A DNA stretch of 64,000 nucleotides, from NCBI GenBank assembly GCA_026014565.1, contig JAOZIB010000025.1:39022-103021 (forward strand), in the 5' to 3' direction. This stretch comes from Candidatus Bathyarchaeum sp. (lineage in GTDB: Archaea; Thermoproteota; Bathyarchaeia; Bathyarchaeales; Bathyarchaeaceae). Below, in pieces: positions 57,208-64,000 of this stretch (its first letter is position 1; every line of letters begins with the position of its first letter). The notes beneath the pieces were generated by a model. The model was not told the DNA's origin. It saw only the letters and a program-made list of their open reading frames with translations, and did not search any database. A program made the position numbers and the translations under genes.

Positions 57208-57771
57208 TTATTCGTCGTAGTAGATTAGGTCTAAATCTTCAAGTTGTTCATGAAGTTTAGCAACTGCACGGTAGACGTCTTCTTCTTTGGTGGCGCCAGT
57301 GCAAACCAGTTTTCCGCTTGCGAACAAAAGGATTACTACTTTTGGTTCGTCCATACGGTAGATAAGTCCTGGGAACTGCTCGGGTTCATACATGGTCTTT
57401 CCAAGAGAGTAGGCACAATCTTCCAGCTCAATTCTTCCAAGAAGGTTAGCTGAAGCAACAATGTTAACTACTCTGATCTCAGGTTTACCTGTGATGATTA
57501 TGCCACTTTTTTTCAGTTCACGTACAACTTTTAGAACTGCTTTTTTAGATTCGTTTTCAGATTTTGCTCCAGTACAAACCATTTTTCCTGTGCTGAAAAT
57601 CAGGATGGCTGTCTTAGGTTTTTTTAATCTGAAAACCAATCCGGGAAACTTTTCTGGTCGATATTCAACTAATGGGTTTCCCTTAACAACGGCGTTTAGG
57701 TCTATGTTCTGATTCAAGGTGGCAGAGGATACAACATTTTCAATCCGAATAGAGTCTTCAAGCTTAGGCAT
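57208..57771 (-). CDS. tbp: TATA-box binding protein
   Basis: Two TBP repeats (IENVVSSATL…PGLVFRLKKPKTAILIFSTGKMVCTGAKS and VNIVASANL…PGLIYRMDEPKVVILLFASGKLVCTGA) and an acidic tail. Confidence 0.95.
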   Translation of the reverse strand: MPKLEDSIRIENVVSSATLNQNIDLNAVVKGNPLVEYRPEKFPGLVFRLKKPKTAILIFSTGKMVCTGAKSENESKKAVLKVVRELKKSGIIITGKPEIRVVNIVASANLLGRIELEDCAYSLGKTMYEPEQFPGLIYRMDEPKVVILLFASGKLVCTGATKEEDVYRAVAKLHEQLEDLDLIYYDE

Positions 57772-57797
57772 ATTTAAACCCGCCTTATACCAATGAA

Positions 57798-57822
57798 GAC
57801 TTATAAGGGCGTATTTAAAGGG
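57798..57822 (-). promoter_or_regulatory. Candidate TBP promoter (TTTAAATA and CTTATAAG boxes)
   Basis: On the minus strand, cTTTAAATAcgcCCTTATAAGt lies 30-45 nt upstream of the ATG. No SD is present, which fits a short or absent leader. Confidence 0.3.
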
Positions 57823-57858
57823 TTCTGGAAATCACAGAAAATAAATCATAGTAAATAC

Positions 57859-57905
57859 GAAAAAAGTTAATGATGAAAGAAAAAATTACAAAATAATAAA
57901 AAAGA
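57859..57905 (-). terminator. Oligo-T tracts downstream of cdhE
   Basis: The minus strand reads ctcTTTTTTattaTTTTgtaaTTTTTTcttt… within 65 nt after the cdhE stop. Archaeal terminators are oligo-T. Confidence 0.35.
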
Positions 57906-57922
57906 GTGAGAAAGTAGCTAGG

Positions 57923-59341
57923 CTACTTCCATTTTTCTTGCAAGAACTTTGCAATGCCTGAAGAGTCTTGTGGACCAACCATTACTTCCCATTTGGAAAG
58001 TTCTTCTAGTTCCCCACTTAGACGCGCTGCTTTACCAGGTATTATGAGTTTTCTGTGTTTGACTTTGTCTTCAACTCCGCTTTCTTTGATTGCATCAGCA
58101 ATAGTTTCTGCAGTCATTTTTCTGCCTGCGACACCACTGTCGATTGCTGTTCCTTCAGAGTCAACAACAATCAAGTATACAGAGTTTCCAGAGGATTCAA
58201 TGTCTTGAGCTACAGTGTAATAGGTTAGTGCGAAGTTTGAGGTCATTAGTACTGGTGAGTTTTCGTCAGGTGTTCCAATTGCTACCATTTCAGCTTTTAC
58301 TGCGACTGGTTTTCGTGGATCAGTGTAGATGTTTTGTCGCAACACAGTAAGTGGCAATAGCGACCAGCCTTCTGCTGCATGCATAATTAGAGCATCAGCA
58401 TAACGAGTTACAAGCATAGCTGCAACTTGGGCTTCTTTCCAAGCAGTTAGTGTAGCATTTGGTGCGGGTTCAGTCCATGCGGTTATTGGAGTTCCGATGG
58501 TTGGGTGAGCAAGTAGTTCGTCACCAAGGTTACATGCGGCCCGTCGAATCATTGTGAAGTTGTTGATTGTTTCACCTAAACCTGCGTTTGCAAAGGTTCC
58601 TGGGTCTAATACAACATCTTCAACGCCATAAGCAATCATTGTTTTTACTAGTGACCGAAGTAGTGAAATGTCATTTGGTGCAGAAACAACTAGTGGACAT
58701 TTGTACATTAGCGCTAGTTCTGCCATTTCTTTCCAGTTGTCTTTGGTTGCAGCATACAATAGGGGTCGAGCTTTAGGAATAGCCATCAAGCCACTTTCAA
58801 CGATTGCTGCATCATAAGAGCACAAGACAATTGGCAGATTGGTTTGTTCTGCAACTTTCTTAACTGCTGCTTTGAATTTTTCAGCATCATTTGAGGTGGA
58901 ACGAACGGCAATCATCTGTAATTGTAGGTTGTTGCCGATGTAGATGTAACTGAAGTCTTGAGTGTATTTTACACGGGAAGAAATTTCTTCATCGCTCATT
59001 TCGTCAGTAACGTCTATTGCAATTGCTGTTGGGTTGGTATATGTTAATTCGTGGCGATACATTACCAATTTACCGCCAATTGTAACTGCCTTATCACCAA
59101 CTCCAATGGTCACTTCTTTGACTGCTGGTTTAAGCATTTCAGCTAGTTTAGCATAGTTTTTCTTGTATTTTGCGTCTTGCAGCGGAGTACATTTGTCCAA
59201 GTTGATTTCGCGGTTGACTAATTTTGTGGCAAAGGCCATACAGTTGTCTTCGCCACATTCTTTGCAGTTTGTTTTTGGAAGTAATGAATAAATGTCGATT
59301 GGACTAAGTTGTTTAAGTCCGCCTTTTTGTTTTTCGCTCAT
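57923..59341 (-). CDS. cdhE: ACDS gamma subunit (corrinoid Fe-S protein large subunit)
   Basis: N-terminal 4Fe-4S motif CKECGEDNCMAFA. 472 aa, last gene of the cdh operon. Confidence 0.9.
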   Translation of the reverse strand: MSEKQKGGLKQLSPIDIYSLLPKTNCKECGEDNCMAFATKLVNREINLDKCTPLQDAKYKKNYAKLAEMLKPAVKEVTIGVGDKAVTIGGKLVMYRHELTYTNPTAIAIDVTDEMSDEEISSRVKYTQDFSYIYIGNNLQLQMIAVRSTSNDAEKFKAAVKKVAEQTNLPIVLCSYDAAIVESGLMAIPKARPLLYAATKDNWKEMAELALMYKCPLVVSAPNDISLLRSLVKTMIAYGVEDVVLDPGTFANAGLGETINNFTMIRRAACNLGDELLAHPTIGTPITAWTEPAPNATLTAWKEAQVAAMLVTRYADALIMHAAEGWSLLPLTVLRQNIYTDPRKPVAVKAEMVAIGTPDENSPVLMTSNFALTYYTVAQDIESSGNSVYLIVVDSEGTAIDSGVAGRKMTAETIADAIKESGVEDKVKHRKLIIPGKAARLSGELEELSKWEVMVGPQDSSGIAKFLQEKWK

Positions 59342-59354
59342 TTCATTTTTCTCC

Positions 59355-60566
59355 TTATAGTGTGGATGATACCCAGCTTGCTATTTTTTCGGTGTCAAGG
59401 GTTCCAGTTTTGGTGGTTAATCTCTTGATTACGTTTCGTAGTGTTTTGACTGCTGCAGGATGCAACATCATGAATAAGTCAACACCAGCTAACATCAAAG
59501 TCAGACCAGTTACTACTTCCCATAATGGACCACGAAGGTTCTTGTCTCCCCATTCGGGGTCAAGGGTCTTCCATGCTTCTCGGGCAGCCCATGCATTGGT
59601 TGTTCCAGAGGACATAGGTTGCTGGAGCTCGGGATCACCTAATAAACCAGAAATTCGGGCACGTTCCATAATGGTAAAGGCGTAATCTAGACCATAACCA
59701 AGAGCAGCAGTTGTAGTGTCCATGATTATGCGATCTTTTGGTAAGTATTCCAGAAGGCGCCTGTTTAGTTCTCTTGCCTGGTTAAGATCCATTGGAGAGA
59801 ATGCCAAAGCGACGTGACCATGTTTTTCGACTAGTTTAGCAGATTTTTCAATGTCCATGTCCAAAGTAATTGTACTGATGAGAAGTCTTTCGCCTTCACA
59901 TGCTGCAGTTACTTTTTCGAACACTGCTAAATCTTTTTCAGGGTCACCACATCCTCCAACTACAAGAGGAACATCAACAGCTTGCAATACATCTTCAACT
60001 GTTCGAACTGCTTCTGCAGGAGTGGCAGGTTTGGGGTTAAGAGGATCAATACTGACCAAGTGTAGTGTTACCATGTCTGCGCCTAATTTGTCAACTACGA
60101 ATTTGGCCCATGAAACAGGGTCTTGGTATGCGTCACCAAGTTCGTTTCGAACTGCTTTGGGTAATGCGGTTTTGGAGTCAAAGACGTCAAAGGAAACTAC
60201 TGGTGGGTTGAGTGTTGGGTTTTCAAAAGTATAGAAGGCAGGAGATTTTTCTCCGCCAATGGTGATTGTCTTTCCTCGGCTTCCACCGTCCTTTTTGGTT
60301 GCACCAAGAGTCACTTCAGCTACTTGTCCAGGATATTTCTGGACAGGAAGGGTAAAGGGTGCATCCAACAAGGATGTTGGTTTTGCTGCGGCTTTCAGTG
60401 CTGCTACTGTGGGGGGTGCTGCCATCATCATTCCAGGCTGGAACAAGATTTGTAGTTCATCGAGTAGGATGTCTACGTCTTCGAGTTCTAGTTCGTTGTT
60501 GCCTGCTAGCAAGTCGAATAGTTCCGAGGGGAACTTTTTATCGTCATTTTTTGCGCCTTCAGGCAT
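59355..60566 (-). CDS. cdhD: ACDS delta subunit (corrinoid Fe-S protein small subunit)
   Basis: 403 aa with TIM-barrel-like CdhD/AcsD sequence. Its position between cdhC and cdhE supports the call. Confidence 0.88.
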   Translation of the reverse strand: MPEGAKNDDKKFPSELFDLLAGNNELELEDVDILLDELQILFQPGMMMAAPPTVAALKAAAKPTSLLDAPFTLPVQKYPGQVAEVTLGATKKDGGSRGKTITIGGEKSPAFYTFENPTLNPPVVSFDVFDSKTALPKAVRNELGDAYQDPVSWAKFVVDKLGADMVTLHLVSIDPLNPKPATPAEAVRTVEDVLQAVDVPLVVGGCGDPEKDLAVFEKVTAACEGERLLISTITLDMDIEKSAKLVEKHGHVALAFSPMDLNQARELNRRLLEYLPKDRIIMDTTTAALGYGLDYAFTIMERARISGLLGDPELQQPMSSGTTNAWAAREAWKTLDPEWGDKNLRGPLWEVVTGLTLMLAGVDLFMMLHPAAVKTLRNVIKRLTTKTGTLDTEKIASWVSSTL

Positions 60567-60571
60567 TCAAT

Positions 60572-61987
60572 TCACCTTCGTTTCTTTTTGGATGTTTCTC
60601 GTTTGATTATTACTTTTTCTGCGTGGATTTTAGCATTCTTGAAGATTATCTTGAATCCGCCAGCGGACATTGTTGCAGTTGACATTGGAACCATTGTTCC
60701 CATGGTTTCCATTCCTTCTGCTTCTTCAGTTTCTTCTTCTGCTTCTTCTTCAGTCCATCTTTGAACTACTGGGTGGTCTTTCTTTTGCAGGTACTCTTTT
60801 AGTTCGTCAATGTTTTTGGCTTCTTCTTCTGTTGCTAGTTTGTCAACAACATCTGCGGGTATGAATTCTTTCACGCGTTCTTTGATTTCTTTTGGCAACC
60901 AGACAATTCTGTCCCATCCACCGTCTGCGCTCATGAATTTGGGCGATCGCATGTATTCGATGGATAGACCGTGGAATCCGTCTACTTGTCTACCACCAGA
61001 GGTGGAGTCAGCCAAAGTTGAGAATGCCAAGCCGTTTACAGATACTCCGCGGTAGCCGCGGTCGACAATACCGTAACCTTCTACTTCAGGAATATAGAAA
61101 GCGATAGCCTCGAAACAACCACAAGAGGTGTGTGGATAACCAAAGCCAGTATACATCCATACACGTTCAACTGCACCAAGTGATTTGTTATTGACTGCTT
61201 CGTTTGCGCCAGAGAATTCACCTTTTTCTGCATCAAGTACTTCGCCTTTTGGAACAGCGAAAATTGGACCTTTTGGGTCAACTTGTGCAGATGCTCTGCC
61301 GTCGAACCAGCTGATTGAACCACAGTTAGAGTATCGTTGAGGGGTAATTACACACACGTGAGATGGTGCGAAAGATTGGCACAAAGTGCAACCGTAGAAT
61401 GTGTCAACGTCTTCATCTTTCATTCCTCGAGCTTTTGCATCACGGTGGTTGTATACTTCCATGTATTTGTCAAGGAGTTCTTTTACTTTGTCAGCGTCTG
61501 TTACAAATGTAACTTGGATTTTTTCGATGAAAGGCAGTTCACTCTTGAAAAGTCTCATCAAAACCTTCCCAACATATTCAAAGGAGGTTAATCCTTTTTC
61601 AAATGATTTTTTGCTGATACGAACCCAGATGTCATAGCGTTGGTTTAGGTGCATGATACCTTCGATATAGTTCAGGTATTCATGGAGTCGACGTTCGGTT
61701 ACACCTTCAAGGTCTTCTTCGAATTTTTCACCAGCAACCTCAATCAAAAGACCGAAAGGAGCATTGCCACCTTCTGGGAGGTCTTTTAGATCAGGACCGA
61801 TGATGTTTACTTTGCCGTCTTCGACTTCGTCCATTGGTATACCGCGTACAATTTCGAACTTTGCTGGTTGTTTTGGACCGCCTAGTTCTATTTGCATGTT
61901 TCCTTTGCGGATTCGTTCTCCTTCGTAAATTACTCCAACATCCACGGGGATGTCTTCAAACATTGACATTTTTTTAATTTCCTCCAA
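60572..61987 (-). CDS. cdhC: ACDS beta subunit (acetyl-CoA synthase, A-cluster)
   Basis: FYGCTLCQSFAPSHVC…HTSCGCFE A-cluster cysteines. Confidence 0.93.
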   Translation of the reverse strand: MEEIKKMSMFEDIPVDVGVIYEGERIRKGNMQIELGGPKQPAKFEIVRGIPMDEVEDGKVNIIGPDLKDLPEGGNAPFGLLIEVAGEKFEEDLEGVTERRLHEYLNYIEGIMHLNQRYDIWVRISKKSFEKGLTSFEYVGKVLMRLFKSELPFIEKIQVTFVTDADKVKELLDKYMEVYNHRDAKARGMKDEDVDTFYGCTLCQSFAPSHVCVITPQRYSNCGSISWFDGRASAQVDPKGPIFAVPKGEVLDAEKGEFSGANEAVNNKSLGAVERVWMYTGFGYPHTSCGCFEAIAFYIPEVEGYGIVDRGYRGVSVNGLAFSTLADSTSGGRQVDGFHGLSIEYMRSPKFMSADGGWDRIVWLPKEIKERVKEFIPADVVDKLATEEEAKNIDELKEYLQKKDHPVVQRWTEEEAEEETEEAEGMETMGTMVPMSTATMSAGGFKIIFKNAKIHAEKVIIKRETSKKKRR

Positions 61988-62528
61988 ACTTGTTTATGAT
62001 TGTTTCAAAACTTTGATTCCATTCCTCGACTTTGAGGTTAGGGAAAGACCAACTAGCATTAGGGTTGTAATATCGATCCAAAGTTATGGTTTTTAGATTG
62101 CACGAGAAATGTTTCAATCCGGATAAAACCAAGTATTCCATGTAGTATGGAAGACCCATAAAGACAGCAAGATCGTAAGGACCTTTTCCGTCTAAACCGT
62201 TCCATGTGGGATCTTTGAGTCGGTTACCGATGTCCATTACAGACATGCTAGAAGCAGGTGTGAATCCTGCTTCCACAAATGCCTTTGCAGTATGGGCGGT
62301 GGCAACAACAGGGGCGCCACTGCCTTTGCTTAGGCTAATTGTGTAATCGATCATTTTTCCAGTGTCTTTGTCAGCTTTGGTAGCCAAGTGTCCTACAACA
62401 ATGATTGGGCGCTTTGCGCGCTTTATCATTGCTGCAGCTATTTCGGGTTTTGTTATTACGTTAGCTTTTCGGGGACCAGCAACTTCTGCTGTTTGCCAAG
62501 GTTCTGCTTTTGCACTCATTTCTATCAC
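61974..62528 (-). CDS. cdhB: ACDS epsilon subunit
   Basis: 184 aa, overlapping cdhA (4 nt) and cdhC (14 nt). CdhB-like sequence. Confidence 0.85.
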   Translation of the reverse strand: MIEMSAKAEPWQTAEVAGPRKANVITKPEIAAAMIKRAKRPIIVVGHLATKADKDTGKMIDYTISLSKGSGAPVVATAHTAKAFVEAGFTPASSMSVMDIGNRLKDPTWNGLDGKGPYDLAVFMGLPYYMEYLVLSGLKHFSCNLKTITLDRYYNPNASWSFPNLKVEEWNQSFETIINKFGGN

Positions 62529-64000
62529 GCTCGTTTCCTAACCATTCTTTCTAACAATGTTGGGTCGGGAATCTTTGTTTCTTCCCAGCCTTTTTCTTCA
62601 AGGATTTTAAGGATTTCATCCTTCATTGTTAGTGGGATATCCATCTTGTTTCGGACATATAGATGTATGTCGTCAGGCATTACACCATAGTACCGTTTGT
62701 GCAGGTCGATGTAATGAGTCAATTTCATGCTACGTCCTTTAGATTGGTCATTTGGTCGCATACACAATTTAGCTAACATTACAATTGCTTCTTCTTTGCT
62801 TTCAGCTGAAGTGAACAAGTGTTCAGGAGCAGGACCAACGTATACTTTGTCGCCAGTTCGGGCATCGTATACCATCCAGTCTTCTTTCTTGTCTTTTCGT
62901 CCGAGAAGCATACGTCGATACTTGGAACCATGCGGACCGACTACTACTGGCACACCAAGTCTCCAGAATCCAGAAGCGATTGATGCAGCTTTTTGGGACA
63001 TTGCTCCCCAAGCCAAACCAACTGCTCCAACACGGTTGTGAATATAGTCAGCGATCTCTTCGTAGTTGGCACGTAGGTTGCGTTTTGCGAAGATACTAGC
63101 GATTTTGATTGCTGCACCAGCAATATGTGGGTTAGAAACACATGAACCAACGTTCAAGACACCTCCAGCATCAAAGCTGCCAGGAAACTTTTCGTATAGA
63201 GTTTTTCCATCTTCATCTTTTGTCATTGCTGCGGACATTGCTGCACATCCTGAAAGAACAACGATGAATCGGCGTTTAGCAAATTCTTCTGCAATTTCTG
63301 CGACTTCTTCGTTACCACCAGGGTAGTTTGCACATCCAACTAAGGCAATAATTCCTGGAATTTCACCAAGAACTATAGGACCACCCACGTTTCGGATTTC
63401 AACATCTTGGATAGCTCCACGTCCAGATCGCATCATGAATTTTTCATTAAGATCTTTTTGTTCACCTGCTTTGATCATGTAGCTATGCAATGGGAAGTCT
63501 TTTGGACAGGCACTGTCACATCTTGCACATCCAATACAGTTATTGTAAACTTCTTGGAATAGACTAAAGTCTCCTTCTGCTGCAGCTTTCATTGCTTCAG
63601 GAATAGGTTGGTTATTTGGACAAGCACGAACACACTCGTTACATCCAGAACAAGCCGCACCTGCAGCTTTGATTGTTTCAAGGTCAGGAATTACGCTGAA
63701 TTTGTTTCGTTTAGGTGTAACTGCAATTGCGGTTTCAACTGCAACTTCTCCTGCTTTGTCTTCATCAAAAAGTAGTGTACCAGGGATTTTACCTTCAACT
63801 AAATTAGATATAAGTTCAGATGCTGGAGCATCGGTGCTGTCCTCAAGACCGAGACAGTTCTTGGGGCTTGTTGCAATTACAGGTGAGTGAACTTTTTGTG
63901 CTTCTTCCAAAGTGTCCGCACGGATACATTGTTCATCCACTACGATAACGTCTGCTAGTCCGCTTCGGATGTATTTTAGTTGCCAGGAAATTGGACCGAT
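62525..64000 (-). CDS. cdhA: ACDS alpha subunit (CO dehydrogenase), N-terminus beyond window end
   Basis: Ferredoxin-like inserts CSGCNECVRACP and CIGCARCDSACP, and a C-cluster region. The frame stays open upstream of the track's GTG at 63940 through to 64000 (IGPISWQLKYIRSGLADVIVVDEQC). Confidence 0.93.
   Translation of the reverse strand: MGPISWQLKYIRSGLADVIVVDEQCIRADTLEEAQKVHSPVIATSPKNCLGLEDSTDAPASELISNLVEGKIPGTLLFDEDKAGEVAVETAIAVTPKRNKFSVIPDLETIKAAGAACSGCNECVRACPNNQPIPEAMKAAAEGDFSLFQEVYNNCIGCARCDSACPKDFPLHSYMIKAGEQKDLNEKFMMRSGRGAIQDVEIRNVGGPIVLGEIPGIIALVGCANYPGGNEEVAEIAEEFAKRRFIVVLSGCAAMSAAMTKDEDGKTLYEKFPGSFDAGGVLNVGSCVSNPHIAGAAIKIASIFAKRNLRANYEEIADYIHNRVGAVGLAWGAMSQKAASIASGFWRLGVPVVVGPHGSKYRRMLLGRKDKKEDWMVYDARTGDKVYVGPAPEHLFTSAESKEEAIVMLAKLCMRPNDQSKGRSMKLTHYIDLHKRYYGVMPDDIHLYVRNKMDIPLTMKDEILKILEEKGWEETKIPDPTLLERMVRKRA

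Noticed and set aside
57954-63890. About 20 track ORFs of 60-127 aa, antisense to or frame-shifted within the cdh genes (for example 59851..60234, 60259..60606, 62727..63041).
   Set aside because: They are embedded in genes with unmistakable CdhA-E homology. They have low-complexity Ser/Leu/Pro-rich translations and no SD, which is typical of shadow ORFs in less AT-rich coding DNA.
1-64000. Search for tRNA, rRNA, CRISPR repeats, transposases, integrases and toxin-antitoxin or restriction systems.
   Set aside because: I found no T-loop-like GTTCRAATC in a non-coding context, no regularly spaced direct repeats, and no ORF with recombinase, Cas or RM hallmarks. Absence is by eye only, and a covariance-model scan would be decisive.

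Overview
Low-GC, densely coded archaeal chromosomal segment. I can support about 70 protein genes. I recognised no rRNA, tRNA, CRISPR array or transposase. Landmarks: (1) a complete Cdv-type division locus at 36.1-39.7 kb (ESCRT-III paralog, CdvA, CdvB with a winged-helix tail, Vps4/CdvC), plus a third ESCRT-III paralog at 9.2-9.8 kb; (2) the archaeal acetyl-CoA decarbonylase/synthase operon cdhABCDE at 57.9-64.0 kb, with cdhA running off the window end; (3) a contiguous uvrB-uvrA-uvrC block; (4) information-processing genes: TBP, a two-domain Rpb5-like RNA polymerase subunit, eS30, eL38, archaeosine TGT, a beta-CASP RNase, short XPF, an SmAP3-like Lsm and a PAC2 chaperone; (5) stress and osmolyte genes: lysine 2,3-aminomutase with an EctA/AblB-like acetyltransferase, Hsp20, Csp, MscS, Bcp, and glutaredoxin with an FTR-rubredoxin fusion. 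The combination of CdvA/B/C, short XPF, eL38/eS30 and cdh suggests a TACK-type, Wood-Ljungdahl-capable archaeon (Bathyarchaeia-like). That is inference only, with no search run. The most interesting candidate is a tight minus-strand operon at 1975-5990. It links a NUDIX hydrolase, two micro-ORFs, a RecA/RadA-fold protein with degenerate Walker motifs, an 86-aa protein, and an exonuclease-dead family-B polymerase with an altered motif C. This could be an archaeal mutasome-like module. Other points: a eukaryote-like full-length Rpb5; conserved N-termini of cdvB and a nucleotidyltransferase that lack any ATG/GTG/TTG start but sit behind SD-like GAGGGA boxes; a 4.8-kb ABC/secreted-protein cassette bracketed by a diverged direct repeat; and several gene-decay patches. 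The ORF track omits edge-truncated ORFs and ORFs under 60 aa, and several features below come from my own translation.
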